DNA of 64,000 bases, from NCBI GenBank assembly GCA_016707895.1, contig JADJGV010000002.1:655695-719694 (forward strand). Reading direction: 5' to 3'. The stretch's first letter is position 1, and every line of letters begins with the position of its first letter. Made by a program: the position numbers and the translations under genes. The stretch comes from Myxococcales bacterium. Its GTDB lineage: Bacteria > Myxococcota_A > Polyangia > Haliangiales > Haliangiaceae. The notes under the pieces are model-generated. The model saw only the letters and a list, made by a program, of their open reading frames with translations, did no database searches and was not told where the DNA came from. Below are positions 1 to 13,737 of this stretch, one piece after another.

Positions 1-15
1 AACCCGGTCGACTAC

Positions 16-1287
16 TTGACCTACGGCTACGTCGAGAACACCTACCTCCAGGCCGCGATCGACTGGGGCGTGCCCGCGACGCTGGCGTTGGTGCTGGCGC
101 TCGGCGCGCTCACGCGGGCCGCGGTGAAGCGGTGGCGCCACGGGCCGATCGAGGCCGGGGCGCTCGGGGCGCTGGCCTCGATCGCGATCCACGACGTCGT
201 CGATTTCAGCCTGGCCATGCCCGCGGTGGCGATGGCCGCGATCGCGATCGCCGCGCTGCTGGTGCCGGCGCGGCTCGGCACCGACGAGCACCGCGCGCCG
301 GTGGCGCGGGCGGTGCTGGGGCGACGCGCGGGCCTGCTGGCGGCGGCGGCGGCGGTGGTGGTGCTCGCGGCCACGCCGCTGGGCCGCGGCTTCCGGGTCG
401 AGCGCGCCGCGCTGCCCGCCGGCGCGTCGCCAGCGGAGGCGCTCGCGGTGCTCGAGCGTCACCCCGCCGATGGGCTGGCCGCCGGTCACGTCGCGGCGGC
501 GCTGTACGCGCGCCGCGATCCGCGCGCGCTGCCGATGATCCGCCACGCGCTGGCGCTGCGTCCCAACCACGGCGGGTTGCACCTGCTGGCCGCGCGGATG
601 ATGACCTCGACCCAGCGCCCGGACCAGGCCGCGGGCCAGTACGCCCAGGCGATCGTCTACACCCGGGCGATCGATCCGATCATCGACGAGATCCTGGCGC
701 GGTTGCCCGGCGTCGGCGCCGACGGCGTGCCGGAGGCGGCGCGGGCGCTGCCCGACGATCCCCGCCACGTCGGGCGGGTGTGCAGCGCGCTGGCCGCGCG
801 CGGTCGCCACGACGTCGCGCTGGCGTACACCGACGCGATCGCCGCTCGCGACCCCGACCGCGCCGACGTCCAGCTCAACCGCGCCGCCGCGGCGCTCAAG
901 CTCGGTCGCTGGGCGATCGCGCTGGCCGCGGCGCGGGCCCTCACCGGGCGCATGCCCGGGCCGCGGCCTGCGCTGATGCAGGCGTTTGCGCTCGACGGGA
1001 TGGGACGCCAGGCCGACGGCGTCGCGATCCTGGCCGCGCTGCCGCCGCCCGACACGGCGGCGGAGCGAGGGGAGGTCGCCCTGTACCTGGCCCACCTGCA
1101 GTCAAAGCTCGGTCGCCATCCGGCGGCGCGGGAGACGCTGATCGCGGTTGTGGACCAGCTCGATGGCTCTCCTCGGCTGGAGGCCGAGCTGCGCAGGCTG
1201 CTCGCGGTGGTCGAGGACGCGCTCGGCCACACCCAGGCCGCCGCGTGGGAACGAAAGCGCGCCGCCGAGCTCATTGGCTCTCCGTGA
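16..1287 (+). CDS. Wzy/O-antigen-ligase-like C-terminal membrane segment fused to TPR repeats (5' end outside window)
   Basis: ORF open from the window edge. Hydrophobic helices (IDWGVPATLALVLALGALT, IAIHDVVDFSLAMPAVAMAAIAIAALLV) typical of the end of a Wzy_C domain, followed by Ala/Leu/Arg-rich TPR-like repeats. Sits beside wzc and capD-like genes. Confidence 0.5.
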   Translation: MTYGYVENTYLQAAIDWGVPATLALVLALGALTRAAVKRWRHGPIEAGALGALASIAIHDVVDFSLAMPAVAMAAIAIAALLVPARLGTDEHRAPVARAVLGRRAGLLAAAAAVVVLAATPLGRGFRVERAALPAGASPAEALAVLERHPADGLAAGHVAAALYARRDPRALPMIRHALALRPNHGGLHLLAARMMTSTQRPDQAAGQYAQAIVYTRAIDPIIDEILARLPGVGADGVPEAARALPDDPRHVGRVCSALAARGRHDVALAYTDAIAARDPDRADVQLNRAAAALKLGRWAIALAAARALTGRMPGPRPALMQAFALDGMGRQADGVAILAALPPPDTAAERGEVALYLAHLQSKLGRHPAARETLIAVVDQLDGSPRLEAELRRLLAVVEDALGHTQAAAWERKRAAELIGSP

Positions 1288-1391
1288 TTTCAGGTACATG
1301 GGACGCAGCCAAGGAGCTGGATCTGCTCCCACAACTGTCGCAGGATGTGCGCCTGAACGCCCCGGACACCATGGGCGTCTAAGGATCCACT

Positions 1392-5566
<4,175 letters not shown>

Positions 5567-5662
5567 CCGCGTCGCACGCGCGTGTGCGGCGCGCCACGCC
5601 TCGGTGATTTTCTCGGGGTGCGGCGGCTCGTCGCAGCGGGGCGGGCCGGGTATCGTGCGCCG

Positions 5663-6121
5663 ATGCGCCGTACCCTCGCCTCGCTCCTCGCCTCGACCAC
5701 GCTGCTCCTTGTCGCCTGTGGCGACGACGGCGGCTCCACCCCGCCCATCGACGCGCCGGTGTCGATCGACGCGCCGGGCGCCGTCGATGCGCCGGCGACC
5801 ATCGACGCGCCGGTGGCGATCGACGCGCCTGCGGCCACGACGGTGGTCGAGGTCCCGTGCGCCGGCGCCACCATCGCCAGCGAGGTCAGCGCGCCGGGCT
5901 TCCAGTTCACGATCACCGACAGCACGATCGCGGTCGACGCGATCGTGCGTTTCACGATGCCGCTCTCGCACAGCGCCGTGAGCGGCAGCCCGGCCGGCAC
6001 CAACGACGGCAAGTTCACGGTCAGCTTCAACGAGACCAAGTGCCTGCGCTTCACCGCCGCCGGCACCTTCCCGTTCTGGTGCAACCCGCACCAGTTTACC
6101 GGCTCGATCACCGTGCAGTGA
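5663..6121 (+). CDS. Lipoprotein with (I/V)DAP pentapeptide repeats and a C-terminal cupredoxin-like domain
   Basis: Lipoprotein signal (LLLVACGDDGG). Five tandem xIDAP repeats. C-terminal WCNPHQFTGS matches the plastocyanin CxPHQ copper loop, but a Ser occupies the usual Met position. An upstream His (PLSHS) sits about 42 aa before the Cys. Confidence 0.55.
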   Translation: MRRTLASLLASTTLLLVACGDDGGSTPPIDAPVSIDAPGAVDAPATIDAPVAIDAPAATTVVEVPCAGATIASEVSAPGFQFTITDSTIAVDAIVRFTMPLSHSAVSGSPAGTNDGKFTVSFNETKCLRFTAAGTFPFWCNPHQFTGSITVQ

Positions 6122-6222
6122 TCCCGCCGCGCTGGTCGCCGCCCGACGTGTAGGTGCGGCGGGCGCCACGGCCCCGCGACCGGCGCTTGTGCGGGGCCGG
6201 CCGCTAGGCGATCCTGTCGGCC

Positions 6223-8316
6223 ATGAACCGTCGGGACTTCCTTCGCCTGTCCGGAACCTTCTTCGCCGCCGCCAGCCTCGGGGGCGTGGCCGCGTGTAGC
6301 GACGACGCCAAGCCCGCCACCGACGCCGGCATCGACGCGCCGCCGGTCGGGGCGTTCCTGTTCCCGCAGGGCGTCGGCTCGGGCGATCCGCGCGAGACGT
6401 CGGTCGTGCTGTGGACGCGCGCCGTGCCCGCGACCGGCGCCGCCAGCGTCGACCTCCGCGTCGAGGTCGCCAGCGACGCCGCCTTCGCGACGATCGTCGT
6501 GATGCAGTCGATCACCGCCGCCGCCGCCGCCGACCACACCGTGCGCGTCGTCGTCACTGGCCTGGCCGCCGACACGATCTACTACTACCGGTTCATCGCC
6601 GGCAGCGACTCGATCAACGGCCGCACCCGCACCGCGCCGGCCGCCAACGCCGACGTGCCGATCCGCATGGCGTGGGTCAGCTGCCAGGACTACGCCGCCG
6701 GCCAGTACCACGCCTACCGCCAGATGGTGCAGGACGACATGGCCCGCCCCGAGGCCGACCAGGTCCGCTTCGTGTTGCACCTGGGCGACTTCATCTACGA
6801 GACCCGCGGCGACGGCTTCCAGGCGGCGGTGGACGAGAACTTCCAGCCGATCACCGTCATGAACCAGGACGGGACGCCGCGCACGGTCGCCGCGTTCCCG
6901 TCGGGCGGCGGCACCGCCGGCACCTCGAACTTCGCCAAGACCGTCGAGGACTACCGCCACCTGTACAAGACCTTCGCCAGCGACCCCGACCTGCAGGCCG
7001 CGCGCGCCCGCTGGCCGTTCGTCCACACCTGGGACGATCACGAGTTCACCGACGACTGCTGGCAGTCGATGGCCAACTACACCGACGCCGAGGGGCTCGA
7101 CGAGCCGTCGCAGGCGCGGCGCTACGCCGCCAACCAGGCGTGGTTCGAGTTCGTCCCCTCGCAGCTGACGGGCGCGCTCGGCGTCACCGGCGTCACCCAG
7201 GACGCCCACGACTTCGCGACGGCGACGGTCGCCGACGCGCCGTTCACGACCGCGAACATCGACAACTTCGTGCCGGAGCCGAACAACGTCGCCGCGGTCG
7301 GCTCGATCACGATCTACCGCAGCCTGCGCTTCGGCCAGCACTACGAGCTGATCGTCACCGACGAGCGCTCGTACCGGAGCGACCACGCGATCCCGGAGGA
7401 GACGGCCGCGGTCGCTTTCGAGTACTTCAACCCGCGGTACGTCGTCCCGGCGGCCGACGTGGACGTCTGCGATGCTGGCAGTCTCAATCCGACGGGCGTC
7501 GTCTCGTCTCTCGGCGTGACCAACCCGCGCGCGACCGCGCCGGTCGGTACGATGCTGGGCAAGGCACAGAAGGACTGGTGGAAGGCCACGATGATGGGGT
7601 CGACGGCGACGTGGAAGGTCTGGGGCAACCAGGTCCCGTTCATGCGGTTCTTCATCAAGAACACCAACGGGTCGCTGGTCTCGGATCGCCTGATGGACGC
7701 CGACGCCTGGGACGGCTACCCGCGCGAGCGCCGCGAGCTGACGCAGTTCCTCGCGACCAACAACATCAAGAACGTGGTGCTCCTGACCGGCGACATCCAC
7801 GCGCACTTCGCCGGCACGGTGTCCGACGACTTCACGGCGGCGACGCCGACCGCGGTCGCCACCGAGTTCATCGCGGCGGGCATCTCGTCGAACTCGGTGT
7901 TCAGCTTCTACGAGGGCGCCTCGCGTGGCGGCACGGCGGCGGCGGCCCGCGCGCTGATCACCGTCGACGCCTCGGCCGGCGGCGGCAGCGCGTTCACCGA
8001 GAACATGAACCTGCTCTTGGTCCACGGCACCAACGCCGCCGGGACGTTCGCGCAGACGCGCGATCGGACAATGGCGCTGGCGGCGTCGGATCGCACGATC
8101 AACCCGCACCTCAAGTACGCCGACACCAACGCCCAGGGCTTCGGCATCGCCAAGTTCACCGCGACCCAGCTCGACGTCGTGCTGACCACGATGGAGCGCC
8201 CGATCGACAACTCGGCCGCCGTGAAGCGCACCGCCAGCTTCACCGTCCCCAAGGACAACCCCGCCGGCATGACCGGCCCCGAGCTCACCGGCACGTTGCC
8301 GTTCCCGCTGGCGTAA
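6223..8316 (+). CDS. phoD: Tat-secreted alkaline phosphatase / phosphodiesterase, PhoD family
   Basis: Twin-arginine signal (MNRRDFLRLSGTFFAAASLG). PhoD signatures HLGDFIYE and WDDHEF. 697 aa. Confidence 0.8.
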   Translation: MNRRDFLRLSGTFFAAASLGGVAACSDDAKPATDAGIDAPPVGAFLFPQGVGSGDPRETSVVLWTRAVPATGAASVDLRVEVASDAAFATIVVMQSITAAAAADHTVRVVVTGLAADTIYYYRFIAGSDSINGRTRTAPAANADVPIRMAWVSCQDYAAGQYHAYRQMVQDDMARPEADQVRFVLHLGDFIYETRGDGFQAAVDENFQPITVMNQDGTPRTVAAFPSGGGTAGTSNFAKTVEDYRHLYKTFASDPDLQAARARWPFVHTWDDHEFTDDCWQSMANYTDAEGLDEPSQARRYAANQAWFEFVPSQLTGALGVTGVTQDAHDFATATVADAPFTTANIDNFVPEPNNVAAVGSITIYRSLRFGQHYELIVTDERSYRSDHAIPEETAAVAFEYFNPRYVVPAADVDVCDAGSLNPTGVVSSLGVTNPRATAPVGTMLGKAQKDWWKATMMGSTATWKVWGNQVPFMRFFIKNTNGSLVSDRLMDADAWDGYPRERRELTQFLATNNIKNVVLLTGDIHAHFAGTVSDDFTAATPTAVATEFIAAGISSNSVFSFYEGASRGGTAAAARALITVDASAGGGSAFTENMNLLLVHGTNAAGTFAQTRDRTMALAASDRTINPHLKYADTNAQGFGIAKFTATQLDVVLTTMERPIDNSAAVKRTASFTVPKDNPAGMTGPELTGTLPFPLA

Positions 8317-8464
8317 GCGGGTTGCTCAGCGGCGGTCGGCGCGATAGTGCCGGGCCAGTCGTCGATGCTCGAGATCCACGACCCGGAAGGATGCCACCGC
8401 GTAGAATCGGTGGGTTGGCTCGCATTGTCGCTGGAATGCGGTCCGACCATGGTGCGGTTTGGGG

Positions 8465-8491
8465 AGATCGGCGGCGAGGGCGGCGTACTAT
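8465..8491 (+). promoter_or_regulatory. Conserved promoter block (AGATCGGCGG-N11-TACTAT) upstream of toxin-like gene copy 1
   Basis: The same block recurs with identical internal spacing (21 nt from the block start to the TA(C/G)TAT hexamer) upstream of copy 2 at 15149-15175. The -10-like hexamer lies 67 nt upstream of the ATG. Confidence 0.35.
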
Positions 8492-8557
8492 CTGCATCCC
8501 GTGGGAAACCGCGGCGCGTAGCGGCCGATAGCGGCGGCACCGGAGATCGAGGCACGC

Positions 8558-11500
8558 ATGAGCAGGGAACATCGCGATGAAGGCAAGGAAGCAGCACCGC
8601 CAGCGGCGAGCGTGGGCGCGAGCCCGACGCGCCGCGTGGACGCGCCTGTCGTGGACGCCGGCTACCAGGCTCAGTGCGACGCTCGCGTGCTCCAGTTTCT
8701 CAGCGCGCCGTTGCCGCTGACGCCGTCGGAGCGTGAGGCGCGCGAGGCTGGCGGTGATGCGAGCGGCGTGCACGCGGCCGCGGAGCGCGGTGTCTCGGGT
8801 GCTGCGACCGTGCTGCCGCACGGCGACACCATCCAGGCGGCCTTCGGCCCGCACGACATCTCTGGCGTGCGGGCCCACGTCGGCGGCGCCGCCGCCGACG
8901 CCTGCGGTGCGATGGGCGCGAGCGCCTACGCGACCGGCAACCAGGTCGCGTTCGCCGGCCAACCCGACCTGCACACGGCCGCTCACGAGGCCGCCCACGT
9001 CGTGCAGCAACGCCAGGGCGTCCAGCTGTATGGCGGCGTCGGCGAGGTCGGCGATGTCTACGAGCGGCAGGCGGATGTGGTGGCGGACGCGGTGGTGGCG
9101 GGCAAGTCGGCGGCGGGGCTCTTGGGGGCGCCGTCGGCGGAGGCTGTTTCAACGAAGTCAGTGCAGGCCTTCGGCGGGCTCTACATCGCAGGTGCGTCCC
9201 CAGCGGCGCAACCCGCCGCGAACGGCGGCGCGGCGCCGGCGTCGACCGCTGCGGTCACCGGTCCCAGCGTGAATCGGCTGGTGGCGACTGATCCGTCGGT
9301 CGAGTTCGGTCCGACGCCCGTCGGCGCGACGACGTACAAGCCGCTCACGTTCGTCAACCGGGGTGCCGAACCGGTGGAACCCAGCGACTTCGTCGTCCGT
9401 CCGGGTGTCAACGCTCAAGAGGACGACTTCAGCGTCGCCGGCGGCGACGCGACGAGCGGCGCCGCGCTCGCGCCGGGCGAAGCGATCTCGCTCCAGGTCG
9501 CGTTTCATCCGCACCCGCGTCCTGACCAGGATCCCAAGCGGTGGCCGGGGCGCGTCGCGCACATCGACGTGCTCGACCTCGCGGGCGCGCGGGCCGGTTC
9601 GGTCAAGGTGCGCGGGAAGCCGCGGCCGACCGATGAAGCGACGCAGGGGGCGCACGAGGCGGCAGAGTTGGTAGGTGCGAGCCGCAACCACGCCGACGTG
9701 GCGGCGCCGGTGTCGTACGCCGACATGCTCGCGAACCTGCGGGCCGCCCGTGAGCTGCTGTCGACCGGCGACCGTGATCACGCCCAGGCGCTGATCCACG
9801 CGGTGCGCGAGCGGATGGCCGGGACGCTACGCGAGGACAAGTCATGGCCGCGCCTGCGTGGGTTCGGCCTCGGCGCGCAGGCCGGCCTTCACCTGATCAA
9901 CGAAGCGTACGACGCGGTGGTGGCCGCCGACCGTGGCCTGGGTGCGGACTGGCGGGTCGACGGGGACAAGCTGGTGATGATGCTGGAAGCCGCGCGCGAG
10001 CCGATCCAGTTCGTCCTCAAAGAAACAAAGGACGCGCCGACGCTCCGCGCGTTCCACGACGCGTCGCCCGCGGTGATGGTGGGAAACGCGATCGAGGGGA
10101 TGGCCGAGCACACGATCGAGATGGTCACTGACGCCGAGTACACGGTCGGCTATCTCTCGGGCCTGGTCGAGGGCGCGTACGGCGCGGTCCGCGATCTCGT
10201 CATGGGCTTCGCCGACCTGGTCGGCATGACCGCCGACATCGTGAAGGCGATGTGGTCGCGCGGCTTCGTGGGCGCGGTCCAGCACTTCGGGCGCCAGGTC
10301 GCTGACATCTTCGACAAGGCGCCGGAGTTGCTCGAGGCGCTCGGTGCGGACTTCGCGCGCAAGTGGAACCAGCACGGCTCGTTCGACCGCGGGAACTTCC
10401 GCGGCGAGGTGATGGGCTACATCGCCATGCAGATCCTGCTCATCATCGCCACGGCCGGCGAGGGTGCCGCGGCCGCTGCGGGGCGGTGGCCGAAGGTGTT
10501 GCAGGTCATCCGCACGCTCGACGCCGCCGGCGACATCTTCACGTGGGCCGAGACGGCAGCCGACGGCGTCCGCGCGCTCCGCAAGGGCGCCAAGGCGGTC
10601 GGCAAGGCGGAGGACGCGGTCGACGCGGCCGGCAAGGGCGGGGGCAAGGTGCTGAAGATGGGCGGCGGCGGTGCGCCGGATGCGCCGTCGGCCGGCAAGG
10701 TCCCCGGTGGGCCGGAGGTCGACGCGCCGAAGGCGGGTGCGCCGCAGGCCGATGCGCCGCACGCCGATAGGCCGGCAAGCGCAGGCCCCGATGCTCCGCG
10801 CAAGGGCGGCCCGTACAAGGCCCCGGACGATCCGACGCGGGAGCCGCATCATCCCGTGCGCGCACTCGAGGATGACGAGCTCGCCAGCTCGAAGGACTTG
10901 CGCCCCGTTCAACGCGGACGAGACCTGGTCGCGGATGGCTCGCGCCCCGTTGGCAAGGTCCTGAAGACCCGAGCTGAAGGCGAAGCCATCCTCCAACTCC
11001 TCGCGCAAGGCGACCGAAACGCGCTCGCCGCACTCGACATCGTGGACATCCCGAAGAAGCTGAAAGTGACCGAGCGCGAGTGGGCGCTCGTGCAAACGCG
11101 CGATGGGTTTCTTGTGTACATCGGCGACGCGGCGAGGGTCGACTTGCCGGCGAATGTTCGCTCCGTAGCGCACAGCCATCCGACGCACAAGCAGGGAAAG
11201 CGCCTTGAGTTGGACGTCCCGGATGGAAAGGGCGGCGTAGCCTTCACGGATATCGTGAAAGATCCCCACAAGGCAGCGGACACGGGCCTTCTGCCGTCTG
11301 CCATGGATCTGCACGTCGTCTCCGATGGTACGGAACACACGCTCCATACGCAGTTCGTGATGGACTGGGATGGTACGATCACCAACGCGGTAGAGGGGGA
11401 CACGCGGCCACGCGTACAAGTACGCATCAGCAAGTCGCGGGTTATTCGCTACAACGAAGGCCGGAAAGGCTACTGGTATCAAGCGCAGTTGGACGTCAGC

Positions 11501-11632
11501 GCTGGCGGGCAGGCCATCTGGAGCGGCGACTTCTTCGGCCGAAGGTCCTTCATTGCCGCCGACGATCAGGTGAAGTTTCATCGTTTCCCGGAGCTGGAGT
11601 ACCCGCCGTCAGCGGACCAAGTCGATCCATGA
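8558..11632 (+). CDS. Large multidomain polymorphic-toxin-like protein, copy 1: N-terminal DUF4157 HExxH zincin-like domain, Ig-like (ASH/choice-of-anchor-D-like) domain, hydrophobic central domain, DAP-rich linker, conserved C-terminal domain of unknown function
   Basis: 1024 aa. N-terminus ([28 protein letters not shown] ... [16 protein letters not shown]) matches the DUF4157 pattern including HExxH. About 75% identical to the 15235-18342 paralog over the N- and C-terminal domains. 3' third is lower GC than the 5' part. Confidence 0.8.
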   Translation: MSREHRDEGKEAAPPAASVGASPTRRVDAPVVDAGYQAQCDARVLQFLSAPLPLTPSEREAREAGGDASGVHAAAERGVSGAATVLPHGDTIQAAFGPHDISGVRAHVGGAAADACGAMGASAYATGNQVAFAGQPDLHTAAHEAAHVVQQRQGVQLYGGVGEVGDVYERQADVVADAVVAGKSAAGLLGAPSAEAVSTKSVQAFGGLYIAGASPAAQPAANGGAAPASTAAVTGPSVNRLVATDPSVEFGPTPVGATTYKPLTFVNRGAEPVEPSDFVVRPGVNAQEDDFSVAGGDATSGAALAPGEAISLQVAFHPHPRPDQDPKRWPGRVAHIDVLDLAGARAGSVKVRGKPRPTDEATQGAHEAAELVGASRNHADVAAPVSYADMLANLRAARELLSTGDRDHAQALIHAVRERMAGTLREDKSWPRLRGFGLGAQAGLHLINEAYDAVVAADRGLGADWRVDGDKLVMMLEAAREPIQFVLKETKDAPTLRAFHDASPAVMVGNAIEGMAEHTIEMVTDAEYTVGYLSGLVEGAYGAVRDLVMGFADLVGMTADIVKAMWSRGFVGAVQHFGRQVADIFDKAPELLEALGADFARKWNQHGSFDRGNFRGEVMGYIAMQILLIIATAGEGAAAAAGRWPKVLQVIRTLDAAGDIFTWAETAADGVRALRKGAKAVGKAEDAVDAAGKGGGKVLKMGGGGAPDAPSAGKVPGGPEVDAPKAGAPQADAPHADRPASAGPDAPRKGGPYKAPDDPTREPHHPVRALEDDELASSKDLRPVQRGRDLVADGSRPVGKVLKTRAEGEAILQLLAQGDRNALAALDIVDIPKKLKVTEREWALVQTRDGFLVYIGDAARVDLPANVRSVAHSHPTHKQGKRLELDVPDGKGGVAFTDIVKDPHKAADTGLLPSAMDLHVVSDGTEHTLHTQFVMDWDGTITNAVEGDTRPRVQVRISKSRVIRYNEGRKGYWYQAQLDVSAGGQAIWSGDFFGRRSFIAADDQVKFHRFPELEYPPSADQVDP

Positions 11633-12519
11633 GTTGCTTCACCTATCCTGAGTTCTACACATGCTGTGACGGGCGGTTTCTCGTTCGCCGTCGTTTGATT
11701 CTGGGCACGGGGATCTACGACGGAATCCGGACTAGCGATCAGCGGCCTCTTCTCGTTACCAGCGTTCAGCCCCATCGACTCGATAGCTTGATCGATGCGA
11801 TCACGTATGAGGTACCAGGCACGACCAAGCTCCTGGGGGTTACACAGATCGATCTCGGCTCGTGGCAGCCGCAGCCAGGCGATGACCTTGACGATCCGTG
11901 CATCGACACAAAGGAGGACCTCCCTGAAGGATTCGTGCTGGTCGTCGAGACGCGGCCGGTTGGGCGGTCCCTTCGCATCCTGGGCCCAGGCGGGCCGCTG
12001 GGCGCTGTCGGTATCGGGCACGGGCTCCTTCTGACCGCGAGCGCCGCCGCACAAGCGGACGTGTTCCTCGAAGGGATCCGACCCGAGACCGTGTATGCGG
12101 ACGGCGACCTGTACAGCGGATGTCATGCACGCCTATGGCGCGTCGAGATGAGCCCACGGCGGCAAGCCGAGTTCCGTGGAGCCTTCGAACCCGGCGGCTT
12201 CTTTGCGCCGGAGATCCTGTGCTCTGAACCACCGACGCCGACCAGCGATGCGTTTGCGGCGGCGGCGGTACTCTGGTGGTTCGCCACTGGCAGCGATCCG
12301 TTCGGTGGTGCGAACGTGGACTTCACCCAGCGAATCGTCGACGGCCAGCTCGAGCCGTTCCAAGGACCTCCCGAACTCGGCGAGGTCCTGGTGCCGATGC
12401 TGGCGCGCGATCCCGCGGCCCGGCCGTCGGCGGCCGAGTCGGCGGATCGCCTCGCGGCGCTGGCCTGTCGCTGGGATGTGCCCATCGCGCCGTTTCCGCC
12501 GCCCGGGCTCGATCAGTGA
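11629..12519 (+). CDS. Pseudokinase-like partner protein (putative immunity/antidote) of toxin-like copy 1
   Basis: ATGA start/stop overlap with the upstream gene. Kinase-fold landmarks are present in order (Gly-loop [13 protein letters not shown]-like FAPEIL, subdomain [21 protein letters not shown], subdomain [12 protein letters not shown]). The beta3 Lys, HRD Asp and DFG are replaced (RPLLVT, GIRPE, YSG). Paralog of 18339-19223. Confidence 0.7.
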   Translation: MSCFTYPEFYTCCDGRFLVRRRLILGTGIYDGIRTSDQRPLLVTSVQPHRLDSLIDAITYEVPGTTKLLGVTQIDLGSWQPQPGDDLDDPCIDTKEDLPEGFVLVVETRPVGRSLRILGPGGPLGAVGIGHGLLLTASAAAQADVFLEGIRPETVYADGDLYSGCHARLWRVEMSPRRQAEFRGAFEPGGFFAPEILCSEPPTPTSDAFAAAAVLWWFATGSDPFGGANVDFTQRIVDGQLEPFQGPPELGEVLVPMLARDPAARPSAAESADRLAALACRWDVPIAPFPPPGLDQ

Positions 12520-12538
12520 CCGTACGGGGAGCCAGCGA

Positions 12539-13033
12539 ATGAGCGGGTCGGATGAGCGATTCGACGACGTTGTCGACGTTGGCGAAGGACAGCATGCGCG
12601 CTTGCGCGACATCGCAAGACAGGACGCGAGTGCGGCATGTGCGGAGTTGGAGGCAATGCTGAGGAGCTCCAGCGGGTACCGGATCAGGCGATACGTCGAG
12701 GAGGTCCTCCTCGGCGGGGTAGATCACATGGCCTGGGCATCCGTGCACGGACGACTGCCCGACAAGGTAGCGCGCCTTGCTGGCGCGTTGGGGCGGCCGA
12801 TTGGCGATGCCGAGCTGAAATCGGTCGCGAGTGTTGCCGAGTTGCTGCCGATGCACGTCGCCGTCGTGCGCGAGTACTGTTCCAGGAAGGCTCTCGTCGC
12901 GGCGGTGCAGTACGTGCGATTCATCTGCGCGGCCAGGTTGGAGGTGGCGATGGACTATGTGGAGTATGTTGGAGCGGGTTCCATGCGTCACGACGACTGG
13001 GTTGCACGTCGCCTTCCGCACTTTGGCCCCTGA
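12539..13033 (+). CDS. Hypothetical cytoplasmic protein (lower-GC segment)
   Basis: ATG 19 nt after the upstream stop, with a GGGGA Shine-Dalgarno-like sequence. 164 aa. Codon usage has lower GC3 than host genes. No recognisable domain. Confidence 0.4.
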   Translation: MSGSDERFDDVVDVGEGQHARLRDIARQDASAACAELEAMLRSSSGYRIRRYVEEVLLGGVDHMAWASVHGRLPDKVARLAGALGRPIGDAELKSVASVAELLPMHVAVVREYCSRKALVAAVQYVRFICAARLEVAMDYVEYVGAGSMRHDDWVARRLPHFGP

Positions 13034-13737
13034 TGCGCCGGACGAAGTCGGTGCCCTGTGCGTGTACGCATGAGCCACGCGTCGCTGGTTGGTCGACCAC
13101 CGCGCGGCGGGTGTTCGAGCGGCACGCGACCGCGAACATCGTGGCGCTGATCGTGTGTGGGATTCCGGCGCTGTACCTCGTGACGCATGACCATGCGGTG
13201 CTGGGCGCGGCGCTGTGCGCCGGCCCTGCTGCGGCGCTGGCGTACGTGCACTGGTCCGCGCCGCCGCGGCAGCTGCGCCGGCTGGTTGCGAGGACCCGCG
13301 GACACCTTCCGTCGACGGACGGGCGCGTCGCGCTGCGAGGGCGGGTCGCGGCGATCGGTGCGCCGCTCGCCGTCCCCGCAACCGCGGCGGTGGGGGCGGC
13401 GTACTGGTGGCGCACCATCGACACCAGCGAAGGCAGCCCGGTGACGTCGGACGAAGGTGTCGACGCGACCGACTTCGTGTTGCGATGCGGCGACCAGTTG
13501 GTCGCGGTGGAAGGCCTGCGGGCGCGCGTGCTGTTCGATCCGCGGGACGCCGACGTCACCGATCGGGATGCCAGCGGCTGGCGCGAGGTCCAACTCGCGC
13601 GTGTGGGCGACGAGGTCGTCGTCGAGGGCTGGCTTCGTCTCGGTCCGAGCACCGATCCGCACCGCGCCGCGGCGACGCTGTCCGGGTCGGACGCGCAACC
13701 AACGATCGGGCTCATCGCCGGTGGCCGAGGGCGATGA
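13033..13737 (+). CDS. Hypothetical membrane protein
   Basis: TGATG overlap with the upstream stop. Hydrophobic helices IVALIVCGIPALYLV and LGAALCAGPAAALAYV. 234 aa. Confidence 0.4.
   Translation: MRRTKSVPCACTHEPRVAGWSTTARRVFERHATANIVALIVCGIPALYLVTHDHAVLGAALCAGPAAALAYVHWSAPPRQLRRLVARTRGHLPSTDGRVALRGRVAAIGAPLAVPATAAVGAAYWWRTIDTSEGSPVTSDEGVDATDFVLRCGDQLVAVEGLRARVLFDPRDADVTDRDASGWREVQLARVGDEVVVEGWLRLGPSTDPHRAAATLSGSDAQPTIGLIAGGRGR

Noticed and set aside
9842-11581. 579-aa minus-strand ORF inside toxin-like copy 1
   Set aside because: Same reasoning: antisense to a well-supported gene, with low-complexity composition and no motifs.
12176-13033. 285-aa ORF starting inside the first pseudokinase gene
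   Set aside because: Its 5' part overlaps the pseudokinase gene in another frame. Only the portion from the internal ATG at 12539, after the pseudokinase stop and with an SD-like GGGGA, is retained.
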